64,000 nucleotides of DNA, taken from contig OZ024746.1 in NCBI GenBank assembly GCA_964016885.1, positions 5,828,001 through 5,892,000 of the forward strand, read 5' to 3'. A program made the position numbers and the translations under genes. The stretch is from Eledone cirrhosa. Taxonomy: Eukaryota. Within the stretch, counting starts at the first letter, position 1. Each line of letters begins with the position of its first letter. Positions 40,615 through 54,331 of this stretch are shown piece by piece. The notes below the pieces were generated by a model. That model was not told the DNA's origin. It did not search any database and was given only the letters and a program-made list of their open reading frames with translations.

Positions 40615-41026
40615 CCGGGAGAGATGACCCCTTAGCCTTTGTCAAGCCAGAATTCTAGGAGAAGGAAAACTCTGATATAACACCTGCAACCCTGATGGTA
40701 TCCAATGATGTTGACTTGTTCTTCTTTTTGGTAAATATCATCTTGGTTAAGAGAGTGGGACTGGCTTTGTGCAGTGCCTTTGCCCACTATAAAAGCTTCA
40801 CGGCACAGGCATTGCTTTATATCTGGAGATCTCTCTGCACTTGTCGTCACATGGTACCATGGGCCCAGCACTATCTGTCAATAATTGTCACAAGTGTAGT
40901 GTTTGTACCAGAGTTTTCAAGTCGCTGGCTGGACTAAAAAGTCACACGCGTTCAGCGCATCAGTAGGGGTTCTCCTACATGGATATAAAGTAGTGGCCGT
41001 ACTCGAAAACAAGTTGGCAGCCACCA
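40615..41026 (+). mobile_element. non-autonomous RTE-derived element, copy 4
   Basis: 5' end CCGGGAGAG is within 1 nt of that of copy 3; (TATG)-rich flanks. Confidence 0.85.
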
Positions 41027-41269
41027 TGTATCTATGTATGTATATACAACAGCACACTCTTGTAGATCCGAGGATATATAAGAGAGACGAAGGATTTAAA
41101 GATTTAAAAAGGCAAAAGAATTAAGAGTTAAAAGAATTAAATATGTATACAAAAAGGTATACGTTTGCAAACAGACACCCAAGGATATATCAAATATACA
41201 CATACACACACACAAACAAAATGCATATACATAACTATATACAGATGGTATACTCATACACACCACACA

Positions 41270-41460
41270 CATTTAAAAGACACATGAGAACACACAGTGA
41301 GGACAAAGCAATGGAAAGTCCTCGAGGAGCCTACAGTTGCCATTTATGTGGCGGAGTGTGCTTGTAGTTGGCTGGTTTAAAGAGCCACATTCGTGCCTCA
41401 CATTTTTGAGCATTTTATCGGGCGATGGCAATGTTCCAACACGAGTTTGCAGCCATCATA
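41270..41460 (+). mobile_element. RTE LINE 3' end with two zinc-finger remnants and (TATG)n tail
   Basis: FKRHMRTH…YSCHLCGGVCL*LAGLKSHIRASH; terminal GAGTTTGCAGCCATCA is similar to GAGTTGGCAGCCACCA of the 7-copy element. Confidence 0.65.
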
Positions 41461-41673
41461 TATGTATGTATATATGTATATTTATATGTATGTATTTATG
41501 TATGTATTTATGTATGTATCTATTATGTATGTATGTTTGTTTGTATATATGTGTAAATATGTATTTATGTATGTATGTATCTATTATGTATGCCTTTTTT
41601 GTATATGTGTAAATATGTATATATGTATATGTGTATGTATGTATGTGTAAGTATATATATATATATATATATA

Positions 41674-41728
<55 letters not shown>

Positions 41729-42121
41729 TTATATTTATATATATATATATATGTGCGTGTGCATGTGTATATATATATATATATACAACGTGGTCTACAT
41801 ATAAACGTGCGTGTGTGTGTGTGCGCGCACGCGTGTGTGTGAGCACAAGAACCTGTCTTCCCCATACCTCTCTCTTGTTGCTATATTTCGTCTTATTATT
41901 CTTCCTCTTCTTCTTTCTGTTTCATTTCCTTCCCTCCCCCCACCTATCCCCCCCCCCTCTCCACAACTAATCGAAGTTGATCATTGCACAAAAATATCTC
42001 AGCTGATTTTTCGAGTTAATTCTAGTCACAAACTACTGCCAAGTAAATCTCTGGCAGCAACCAATATCAACGACTAATTAATAATCAACGATTTTTCTCC
42101 TAATTAATTTATTGCTTGTTG

Positions 42122-42477
42122 TATGAAATGGTTTAGTCTAGTCTAACAATCAGTGATCGCTCTGAAATGGTTTAGTCTAGTCTAACAATCAGTGATCTCT
42201 GTCTAACAATCAGTGATCGCTATGAAATGGTTTAGTCTAGTCTAACAATCAGTGATCTGTCTAACAATCAGCGATCGCTATGAAATGGTTTAGTCTAGTC
42301 TAACAATCAGTGATCGCTATGAAATGGTTTAGTCTAGTCTAACAATCAGTGATCGCTATGAAATGGTTTTGTCTAGTCTAACAATCAGTGATGTCTGTCT
42401 AACACTCAGTGATCGCTATGAAATGGTTTTGTCTAGTCTAACAATCAGTGATGTCTGTCTAACACTCAGTGATCTCT
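42122..42477. repeat. compound minisatellite (39-bp unit with extra ~19-21-bp subunits)
   Basis: ATGAAATGGTTTAGTCTAGTCTAACAATCAGTGATCGCT, about 7 copies, interspersed with GTCTAACAATCAGTGAT. Confidence 0.92.
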
Positions 42478-43110
42478 TGTCGTACCTATAAACACTTCAG
42501 TATCTTATAAAAGCTATACTTTACCTCAGATCTAAATACATTAGTAACTATTTTACATGCGATTTCACAGCCTCTCAGTATATTGTGCAATATATTACTT
42601 GCTAAATCTTTTCTTGACACTTTTTATATAAAAAATGGTCGCCTAATGATGAAGCCATGCATGAGTAAACCATATATACTTTTCTTGGGAGATTTAGTAA
42701 CACCTAACTATGTCCTCAGCTCTTCTCCATACAACGAGCAGATTTTCCTCTAAGTATGTGAATAAACAGTGCGTTAGATTTTCTTGAAATTGTATCCCTT
42801 TTATTTTAGAACACAAACAGTTATCTCTAGAGATTATTTATCCTTTCTCTTAATTGATAGTTGAAACTTTCAATTAATTGAGAATTTGTTTACAAACTTT
42901 TTTCAGTATATGTATATATATATATATACAATAATGAGAGGTACACAGATATATGCGCATACATACATATACATGTATATATAAACACATTTTTTTTTTC
43001 ACAAGTATGGGAGATTGAGTGTTGTCGACCTTAACGAGTGTTGCTCTATGATTACGAGAGACAAGATAATCGAAATAATTAAATTGACTCAATATCAGAG
43101 CTATGTAACA

Positions 43111-43776
43111 TATTATAAAGTAAGAAGAAATAATAGAGACAAATATATACCTATTCTTTCTGCACATGCCCCGACTGTACAGTTTCGCTGGTCACTATGC
43201 AAAAATCTTATATCATAGAGATCTAACATTGTTGGGAGGTAAGCTAGCTTTTCAAGAGATCTAGACACGTACGTAGCATGCGAGAAAATCTCAAAAGGCG
43301 GAGGCAGACTCTATCACGTGATACACCGGTCAAGAAAGGGGACTAAATCCCTTGTAGCAGTGAAACATATCTCAGAAGGCGGAGTGGGATATTAATATGA
43401 TACAGAGGCTACAGAGGGGTGGTAAGGTTGACTGGAAGTGTATATAGTGTTACATCTCTATGATATAAGATTTTTGCATAGTGACAAGCGAAACTGTACA
43501 GTCGGGACATCGAAGAAAAAATAGGTATATATTTGTGTCTATTATTTCTTCTTACTTACTTACAAGGGCGGTGAATTGCCAGTATCGGTAGAGGGACGGA
43601 CGCCATGCTTTGACGCATAGAGTTACGGCCCTTGCCATTCTGAGTTCAAATCCCGCCGAGGTTAACTTTGCCTTTCATCCTTACGGGGTCGATAAAATAA
43701 AGTACCAGTAATCTACTGGGTAATTGCTGGCCTTGTGCCAAAAGTAGAAACAATTATTTATTCTTACTTTATAATA
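43111..43776. mobile_element. inverted-repeat element (PLE remnant or MITE) interrupted by a SINE
   Basis: Arms 43111-43228 and 43448-43560, completed after the SINE at 43761-43776. The arm contains GAAA-CTGTACAG-TC, a hammerhead 3' half. Confidence 0.7.
43564..43760 (+). mobile_element. full-length tRNA-derived SINE
   Basis: Complete head, boxes and tail; TTCTTACTT on both sides. Confidence 0.92.
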
Positions 43777-43778
43777 GG

Positions 43779-43918
<140 letters not shown>

Positions 43919-45087
43919 AATATACACGGGTGTGTATGATTGTGTATAGAAGATTATATTAATAAAAGGAATTCCAACTTTGTCTGATTTACTTGTTTTA
44001 TTTACAATCCTTTAACATTTATAATGGTATTATAATGAAATAGTATGGTAGAATATTAAATGTTAAGTGTTAATTGAACAAGTACTTTCATGCTTTCGCA
44101 ATCTTCAGGTTCATAATGTGTGGTGACAGTCAAGTTTGCAATTTTCAACTGAAAACATGCCTGTGATAAAACTTAAGCAAGACAACTGTCTGTAGGTAAT
44201 AACGAAGGTAAGACATAAGTTCCTCACCTCTCAGACGTTTCAGACTTAGAATCATCTAAGCAATAAATCCTGTATGAAAGTTCCCACCCTGCGAATAACC
44301 TCCTCCTAGTTCATATCCATTAATATGACTGACCTGAACCAGAGCCTAAATAGCTTAATCAGTCGATTCAGCGACACGCAATAGTGAGGTGTGCAGACTT
44401 ACACCCCCAGATGCAGAATTGCAAGCCGTGGTTAAATTGCTTTGGTTAATTCGTGTAGACATTCTCCTTCAATGTGGTGTCGACTACATTGGTTTCTATA
44501 ATGACACCATCATTGTCATATTAACCATATGTGCCGATATTCTTCCCCCGTGACACAAATCGAACGAGATGCCTTTCTATAACTACATTCTGAATTCAAA
44601 TCCTACAAAGATCGACGTGGCCTTTTTAACTTCCAGGATTGATAAACTACGAAGGAATTGATACAAGGTTTGATGTAAACGACTCTTCTCTTCCTCTGAA
44701 CAGTTAGTAATTGACAATACATTCAAATATCCTCATCATATGTTTGCTTGATTATAATACATAATTTCTTTTATGATTCCATTCACATGATTTATAGAAA
44801 TATCAAATGCAATCAACAATACGAAGTTATACAATGGTGAAATTTTGAAAAGAAAGAGATAAAAACAAAATTAAGTAATGAAATAAAGAGGAAAGAGGTA
44901 AATAAGGGCAAACCTGGCTGTAGAGGAAAGTAGAGGAAAGTACTATAAATGGCATAAATGATAGGAAAAGGAGGGAAAATGTAAGGACTGTTAGGACACG
45001 GAAGGAAGTGAGGGGCAAGGGTGGAGGGTCACTGTTGTGATGTTGTCATATTTTTCTAGTTGATGTTGCTACTACGACTACTGCTGT

Positions 45088-45139
<52 letters not shown>

Positions 45140-46009
45140 GCTGCTACAGCTGCTGCTGCTATTGCTACTGTTACCATTTTTCTCTACGTCAACTAATTTT
45201 TCTACAACACCATATTAATTTTCAATGCATTGTACAATTTTAAGATAGCATTTATCTTTATAGTACGTATCAGCACAGATGCCTGGGCATGAACATTTAT
45301 TATTCTCTATATAAATATACGGTTGTATGTTTTAACAATTTCTACATATGAATTTTTTGCATGAACATTTGCATACCTGTGGTTTTTCGTTTATATATTC
45401 CTTTTTAGAACTTTTTAAGTATTTCACTTCGAGTCTATTCCTTTTTTATTGCTTTAGGAAATATTTAGTAAACAATTCTTGGAGTCTTCTTACTTATCTC
45501 TGTATGCATATATAGATATAAACTTTATATTCTGCACCTAGTCACCATTTCCATTTTTGTAATTATATTTCACACCAAATTCCTCACTTCCAATAATCTA
45601 ATGTTTACCGTACGAAACAAACCCTGCTGACATTATGGACAGAGAAATTAATTACATTAGTATACACTCCACTAACTACAAATGGCTTGCTTCTTAGTTT
45701 TTATATGTGTTTAGTTATATATTAGTTTCTATATAGAGTTCTCTTCATAATATACAATGTGGAAAATTAAATGTATTCCTTCAACTCTCACTGCTAAATC
45801 TCTGCTGATTTTTACCAAAACCTTGAGAGAAGAATTCCTATATTTTATCTGCTTTCATAATTTCTTTATTTCTTTCAAGTTTACATTTAGTTAATTTTAT
45901 TTTTATTGATATCTTTGATGAGTAAGTAATGTAGAACTCTTCTCTCATACTTCCTGACAAGTGTAAATACACATACAACAAACCAAAATCTATAGAAATT
46001 GCCCCCGTG

Positions 46010-46051
46010 TTACTACTACTACTACTACTACTACTATTACTACTGCTACTA

Positions 46052-46086
<35 letters not shown>

Positions 46087-46093
46087 ACTACTA

Positions 46094-46125
<32 letters not shown>

Positions 46126-46176
46126 ACTACCACCACCACCGCCACCACCACCACCACCACGACTACCACCACAACC

Positions 46177-46230
<54 letters not shown>

Positions 46231-46240
46231 GCTGCTATTG

Positions 46241-46295
<55 letters not shown>

Positions 46296-46350
46296 GACTA
46301 CTGCTGCTGCTGCTGCTGCTACTCCTACTATTACTAATAATAATAATAAT
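46010..46350. repeat. compound (TAC)n/(TGC)n/(CAC)n/(TAA)n microsatellite
   Basis: Direct reading; similar tracts at 45070-45170 and 62150-62345. Confidence 0.95.
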
Positions 46351-47123
46351 ATGTTTGCCATTATTATTATTTCCATTCAATTTAATTATCTCATTGTTTT
46401 CCAATATTTTGCAATTGGCTTTGTTTTGATGTCTTTGTTTGCGTATGTCTGTGTGCGCATGCACCAATTTGTTGTTGTTTTTGTGTTTTATACATTTAAC
46501 TATTATTTATTTATTCCATCTACTGAATCAGTGATTTCATCGCCATAAGAAAAAATATACTATTTTTTTCTTTTTTTGCTAGAAACGGGCCAGAAACAAC
46601 GACACTAAATCAAACCTGCTACATCAGAATTTATCAGAAACTGGTAATCATGACAAACTGGCGGTGTCGAGGTTTTCCCCCCATACTTTTGTGCACTCGA
46701 AGTGATTTTAATTCAATCAGAAATGGTTGGACAACCAACTGTTGTTTCTCAATGACATTTTTATATTAATTATATTATGATCCTGTTTGCAATTTCAACT
46801 TGGCAGCAATGTGGCCCCTTTTTCTCTGCAATGCATGCAATGTCATTGAATTAAAGTTTCCGTGTATCACTGTTTGTGGAGATTATTTCATGTGTGTGTG
46901 TGTGTGAATTTATGTATGCATGTGTAAAAATACACATATACACACGGATATATATGTATATATATTTTAATATATGTATGTGTGTGTGTGTGAGTGTGTA
47001 TGTGTGTGTGTGTGTGCGTGTTTATATTCACATATGCGTGTCTGCGTGATTGTGTGTGTGCGTATGTGTTAGATGATGCATGTTTGAAATAGTTCCGCGA
47101 ATACGTGAGAATATCAATGATCG

Positions 47124-47198
<75 letters not shown>

Positions 47199-47199
47199 G

Positions 47200-47248
<49 letters not shown>

Positions 47249-47420
47249 GTGTCCATACTCATAAAATATGTCTTCTTTCAAAGAAATGTGGATAATTGCT
47301 GTCTACATGTATAAATGCATAGATATGATGACCCTGTGATAAACAGGCAAAACTCTAGGGTAACAAGACTCACTATTTAACCTTAATAAAATGAATATGC
47401 ATATATATATATATATATAC

Positions 47421-47473
<53 letters not shown>

Positions 47474-47618
47474 ATTAGAAATTAAACAACACAAACTACT
47501 CCATTACCAAATGTTTCTGGATGGAGTAGTTATATTTTGTGTTGTTTAAATTCTAATTAAATACCTCTGTTCTATGCATAGAGCACTCTTTTTTCCTTTG
47601 CTTTTCCTTCGGAATTAC

Positions 47619-47732
<114 letters not shown>

Positions 47733-48038
47733 TATATATATTGCCATAGATATATATTGCCAATGAAAACACACGCACCTGCTTGTTTTCACTTTAATTT
47801 ATTGTATACTTATTTATCTATTTTCCTATATATATTTCTTTATTAATACATTTATTTAACTATCACTAGTTGGTTGTTTGTTCTGTGTTTGTCTGGTTTA
47901 TTTTATTAATTTAGTTCTTGTGTGTCTCTCTATGACTTTATCTTGTCCTTTCTTACTAGTTGTATGGCTCACTCATCTTTTCTATTTAGTTTTGTTTGGA
48001 GTTCGTTTATGTTTGTCTGTTTCTGTAATCTGTTGTAA

Positions 48039-48250
48039 GTGAAGGTGCATGGCTTAGTGGATAGAGCATTGGGCTTGCAATTGAAAGGTTGTGAGTTCAA
48101 TTCTCGGACCGGGTGATGTGTTGTTTCCTTGAGCAAGACATTTTCTTTCACGTTGCTCCAGTTTACTCAGCTGTAGAAATGACATGATAGGACGAGGGTC
48201 CCTATCTCCAGCTAAACCTGCATAGGTGGGAGCTGTAACAACAACAACAA
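48039..48250 (+). mobile_element. CORE-type tRNA-derived SINE with (AAC)n tail
   Basis: A box TGGCTTAGTGG, B box GAGTTCAATTC, CCTTGAGCAAGACATTT core. Confidence 0.75.
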
Positions 48251-48528
48251 TCCGTCGTAACATTTCGTCTATTCTGTGTGTATTTGATTTTTATCTCGAT
48301 GTTCTTTAGTGTGCCCCCATGTTACATTCTAGCGTGGAGTACTGCTGAGGTTTTCCCATCCTGGAGCCCTCGTCAGTCTTCATTATCCTGCCTCCTATGC
48401 TACAGGCCGTCTCAGTTATATCGTGTTCCTTTCCTAAACACTCCCTCCGTATATCTTAAGCTATATATCACATTCCTAGTCTTACAGTGATGAACTCTGG
48501 CCATAGCAACGAGCTTAGAACCGGAGAA

Positions 48529-48830
48529 CATGTGGCATACCATGTGACATACCATGTGACATACCATGTGACATACCATGTGACATTCAATGTGGCATAC
48601 CATGTGATATACCACCTGGCATACCATGTGGCATACCATGTGACATACCGTGTGGCATACCATGTGACATATCATGTGACATACCGTGTGACATACCATG
48701 TGCCATACCATGTGGCATACCATGTGACATACCATGTGGCATACCGTGTGAATACCCTGTGACATACCATGTGACATACCATGTGGCATACCATGTGACA
48801 TACCATGTGGCATACCATGTGACATAACAT
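48529..48830. repeat. 12-bp minisatellite CATGTG(A/G)CATAC, about 25 copies
   Basis: Direct reading. Confidence 0.95.
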
Positions 48831-48917
48831 GATTGTACAGAAAGGTTTACTCTTTCAAACGTTTCTTTGTTTTCACACAACTCCTACTCTTTAGCAATAC
48901 CTCTCTCTCTTTATATA

Positions 48918-49113
<196 letters not shown>

Positions 49114-49123
49114 GTATATATAT

Positions 49124-49331
49124 AACGAAGGAAAAGTGGTAAGGAACCAGGTGGATCATAACGCACCAAAGTACTCATTACTTAGGGTAGTAGAGTGGGT
49201 AATAGGAACAAGTAGGACCCCGACGGCTGAGCTCAAGCCGTTTCGATGGCTAATTCTGGACTAAAAGAAAAAAGTCCAGAATTAGCCGTCGAAACGGCTT
49301 GAGCTCAGCCGTCGGGGTCGTACTCGTTCCT
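49124..49331. mobile_element. short PLE-like remnant with terminal inversion
   Basis: 49203-49261 is inverted at 49274-49331; family of 3427, 22390 and 55052. Confidence 0.7.
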
Positions 49332-49400
49332 ATATATATATATACGTATATGTATATATATATGTATATATATATATGTATATATATATGTATATTTATA

Positions 49401-49432
<32 letters not shown>

Positions 49433-49458
49433 CATTTATATATATATATATATACATT

Positions 49459-49517
<59 letters not shown>

Positions 49518-49525
<8 letters not shown>

Positions 49526-50430
49526 CGTAAAATAAGAAAATATCTTTAAAAAAGAAAAAAAATTTTTTTTTAATTTTTTACTTACTTAAATTTTCACTCC
49601 AACTAATTAGTTTCTGCAATGGGATAAAGACAGTTACGTAATCCAACTGTCGAGAATTCATTGCGTCATCAGGGAGTCTATTACCATCCCATTCCTTCTA
49701 ACTAGCCTCTGTGTCACGTGATTGATTCTTTAGAATCGGCCATTTGACTTGAAGCAGTGAGAATTTCGGTACATAGAATCCAGTCCTCGCAAGCTGTTCG
49801 ATCTACCGAATTATTATTATTTTTATATGAGCCGCCAGTGTCCGCGCATTGCCTGGAGACTTAACTGATAATAGACTCCCTGATGACGCAATGAATTCTC
49901 GACAGTTGGATTACGTAACTGTCTTTATCCCATTGCAGAAACTAATTAGTTGGAGTGAAAATTTAAGTAAGTAAAAAATTAAAAAAAAATTTTTTTTTTT
50001 TTTAAAGATATTTTCTTATTTTACGTCTTTTATATTATTGTTCTGCATTCTCCTGCATTGAACCACCTAGGTACTATGACATAACCTGTGTATTTTCTAG
50101 CATGGGCGTGCATCTGTGCGCTTATGTTAGTTGATATATTAAATTATCTATATTTATCTCCAAATCACTGATTTGTCGAGCAAACTTGCCAAAACCACTT
50201 CTAAAAAAATTTTTTGGGGGGTGTTAGTAGGCGTGAGTGATCTTACCATCCCATTCCTTCTAACTAGCCTCTGTGTCACGTGATTGATTCTTTAGAATCG
50301 GCCATTTGACTTGAAGCAGTGAGAATTTCGGTACATAGAATCCAGTCCTCGCAAGCTGTTCGATCTACCGAATTATTATTATTTTTATATGAGCCGCCAG
50401 TGTCCGCGCATTGCCTGGAGACTTAACTGA
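49518..50430 (+). mobile_element. non-coding PLE/retrozyme-like element: inverted partial repeat plus direct repeats around a hammerhead
   Basis: 49518-49681 is the reverse complement of 49872-50035, and 49681-49869 equals 50243-50429. Hammerhead ACTCC-CTGATGA-C-GCAATG…CATTGC-A-GAAA-CTAATTAG-TT-GGAGT at 49875-49956. Confidence 0.8.
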
Positions 50431-50579
50431 GAATAATAAAATATACTTGATCACAAGAATATCTATTTTGTTAATATTTTGAATTAATATTAAAAACTCT
50501 GGAAAACCAAACTTTTGAGTGCTTCCAATCTATTGTAAAACTCATTCTTTGATGCATTCATTGAACCTTGTTTAACTTT

Positions 50580-50669
<90 letters not shown>

Positions 50670-51517
50670 TGTACTAGTATGAGTAGACACTTGCTTTTCT
50701 CACTCCGATTTTCCCCACTCTGCCTTTATCCTTACTCCCGCTTTCTCTCCCTCTCTTTCCCCATTACTCTCTCCCTCTTACCTACCTTCTCTATCCCCGT
50801 CCCTCTCTCCCTCCACCTCTATCGCTCTCTCTCCTTCTCTCTCACGCTCTCTGTATTCACCACAACAATGCTGCTATAAACACGGTCAAAAGACTTCGCT
50901 GCGAGGACAACACACCCAACGCCATACGACCTCCTCCGTTTCTTCCCTTCCATTCACACGTGCTTTAAATCGTGAAATAATTCAAAACCAATATTTAGAC
51001 AATTAATTCGTGTGGTTGAAGGTCAGTTAGTGATAGCCTCATTGCATTAGCGAGACCTACTCCTTTCTGTCAGGTCATTTCATCATGCAGTTTGGTAATA
51101 TTAGAGAAAACGATTTTCTAAGATAGAGTCTATGTATCTTCGTTTCTCAAGTTAGTGACCCCCTAAAGATCTGTATTGATTATCTTCCATCTACTTTTCA
51201 ATAAATCTCGATACTATCACGTATTCAACTCAGTATACACTACCATGTCATTGTGTATCTAACCACATTTAATAGAGAAATATTAATTACATCATTTTAA
51301 ATTAACATTTAAAGGATTTTAGTTCCCATATTTATTGCAGAGAACATTACAAAAATAACTAGAAATAATTACGCATTAATAGATTTTACTACCGCGGAAA
51401 ATGCATAAATTAAAAATGGATGTTTCGTTCTTATTGCATCCTTATCAGTGAAACATAGACTGCAATGTACTTTGAAACATAGTGTTGAAAAATCTTCGAA
51501 GTAATTATACAGCATTA

Positions 51518-51908
51518 GTGGATTGGCAGTATCGGTAGAGGGTCGGACGCCATGATTTGACGCAGAGAGTTACGGCCCATGCTATTCTGAGGTCAAATCC
51601 CGCCGAGGTTAACTTTTCCTTTCATCCTTAAAGGGTCGATAAAATAAAGTACCAGTAACGCTCTGGGAAATGCTGGCCTTGTGCCACCGAAAGTAGAAAC
51701 AATTATTATTATAAAGGCGGTGGATTGGCAGGGTCGGTAGAGGGTCGGACGCCATGATTTGCAGCATAGTGTTACGGCCCTTTATGAACTGAGTTCAAAT
51801 CCCGCCAAGGTTAACTTTGCCTCTCATCCTTACAGGGTCGATAAAATAAAGTACCAGTAACACACTGGGATAATTGCTGGCCTTGTGCCAAAAGTAGAAA
51901 CAATTATT
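51518..51908 (+). mobile_element. tandem SINE dimer
   Basis: Monomers at about 51518-51712 and 51713-51908. Confidence 0.92.
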
Positions 51909-53410
51909 TAGCACATTCCCCTACATCGTTACCCCTCAGGAATATTGTTAGTATTCACAATCAGCGTCACCAGATTTCCTATTTTTCTTCATATATTTAT
52001 AGAATATATCGCCACAATCAAAATATCTTGGAATTATTCATTTTCTGATTAATTTTGGTCGTAAAATATCTCTCGCAGTGCGGAACTGATCGGAAATGTC
52101 AAAATCTCCCAACAACCCTGTAGACAGTGACATAATAATGAAATATATGTAAAAATATATTATCAAATCTTTTTTAATCACGCCTTGTATGTTTTTTCCA
52201 AACATATTACTTATATTTATAGAATATAAAGAATATGATTCCATGAGGAAATCTAATAACACCAAAGTTAGTTCGTTGTTTTCACCACTTAAAGATCAGA
52301 TCAACTTCTACACGCATTTTTGTATATCTTCCAAAACTTCCAATCAAATAATTTTATTGGTGTTATCATCTTGGCGTCATCTGCGTTTTATTTTACATTT
52401 AAAACGCAAATAGAAGCGTTGTATTTTCTTACTTGTAGCATGAATATTATTAACCAAATATTGTTTTTCTTAAAGTGTATATATTTTCCTATCACAAAGA
52501 ACCTACTTACAACTGAGTCGACTGAACACAATACAATATAATGACATTGAGAAGAAATAAACTGATTGTCTTCTTTCCTATTAACTGAACTTTCTCAATC
52601 ATTGTATATGACTGGGATTATAATTTAAAATTTGGCGATCACACAATGAAATAGACAAATGCAGATCTATAAAAGCTAACATTACATATTTGACGGATAT
52701 TTTAAAAAGCCAACAACATGAAAATACATCAACGTCCAATAATGTACTAAGACACGCCTAATATTTTTGTCAGTAAATTGACTCCATTTCGCTCTGACCA
52801 GCCGTGAATCTATATTAGAGACATGGAAATGTTTTTAAAGAATAATTCTTTATTAGCAATCAATGCTCTTCAGACTTAACAAACCACCACTCATAATCTC
52901 AAGTAGATTTCAGCAAGCAGAAACTCAGGCAATAGCTAAATTAATAGCACCTCAATCTTCAATAAAGTGCTGAGAACAACCAAACTGTTGTGAACATATT
53001 TAAAAGTGATTCAGATATAATTCATATTTACTTTCTAATTGAGTAAATAAAGAAAGAACTAAAAATATTATTTTGTTACGTTCGTTTATATTGGCAACAG
53101 TAACATAAGGATTTGTTTAAGTAGCAATATTTGTTATTATTTCCTCTTCTTGAAAACCATGTGCTTAGATTCAGTATTTTAAGTATTTGCTGACAAATAA
53201 AACTGTATGTAAACTACGCGAGCGAAGAAAACTGCCAGGAATACAAATATTTGTAAATGTTTAAGAGATATTGCGGATAAGATATTTGCTATTGCTGATA
53301 GCCTTTCTTTTCTTTTTACTCACAATATTGTATGTATTATACGTAGTTCAGTGAGAAACGGTCGTTACTCGGTATAATCAATAAAGACCTTAATGTGAAA
53401 CCTCGTTTTG

Positions 53411-53468
<58 letters not shown>

Positions 53469-53540
53469 GCACACCACACACGCACACTCACACACACTCA
53501 CACACACACACACGCACACACACACATACGCACACATACG

Positions 53541-53593
<53 letters not shown>

Positions 53594-53655
53594 CTGTGTG
53601 TATATATATTATCATCATCATCATTTAACGTCCGATTCCCCTGCTAGCAAGGATT

Positions 53656-53728
<73 letters not shown>

Positions 53729-54140
53729 AGGAGTTCAAATCGCAATCAAGCGGCGTTGTGTTCAGTTCCCATACGTCTCACTTTTTTAGGCGCCAATGTA
53801 TTGTAGGGGCCAATGCTTTGCTTTCAAAAAATACCTGAAGTCTAAGAGAAAGAAAACATTTTTTTTTAAATAAATAAAACAATTAAGCAAAGCATTTGGT
53901 CAACCAAGTCCCCAGGGAATTACTAGAAACCAAAATATACGATAGTGCAAACAGCTGGAATCAATGGTTGTACATTCTACTAAATTTAATGAGGATGTAG
54001 TTTATGGAACACCCAAATGATTTAGAAGTTGACCTTAGTAGGGGCAATAACATTTAGAAAGACATGAACGATACCACTTCATTTTGTTTTGAAACATTGA
54101 ATGTAGGTTTATAAGTATGAATTTTCTGTAGATTTTCGTA

Positions 54141-54215
54141 GTTGTCTCAGTGGCCTAGTGGTAGGTACTAGGGACGATGAAGATCCTGGTATTGGGTTCA
54201 ATCCTGGTCAAGCGG
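54141..54215 (+). other. tRNA-like Pol III unit (degenerate, not a canonical tRNA)
   Basis: A box TGGCCTAGTGG (54151-54161), B box GGTTCAATCC (54195-54204), T-run just downstream at about 54227-54240. Confidence 0.55.
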
Positions 54216-54257
54216 TACATGTAATCTTTTTTCAATTTTTATTTACCAGGAACCTTA

Positions 54258-54331
54258 CTCCCGACCAGGATCGAACTTCAGACCAGGGTCACCACCGTCT
54301 ATGACTCATCCAACTAAGCCACCGAGACAAC
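54258..54331 (-). other. tRNA-like Pol III unit (degenerate), convergent with the previous one
   Basis: Minus strand GTTGTCTCGG-TGGCTTAGTTGG…AGTTCGATCC-TGGTCGG. Confidence 0.55.

Noticed and set aside
44270-44400. Possible decayed RT motif (…MTDLNQSLNSLISRFSDT)
   Set aside because: Too short and degenerate, lacking an intact F/YADD, to call without a search.
45838-46467. Poly-Ser, poly-Leu, poly-Val and poly-Tyr ORFs
   Set aside because: Trinucleotide microsatellite translations.
54141-54331. Functional tRNA genes
   Set aside because: A and B boxes are present, but acceptor and anticodon stems do not pair convincingly; reported as tRNA-like only.
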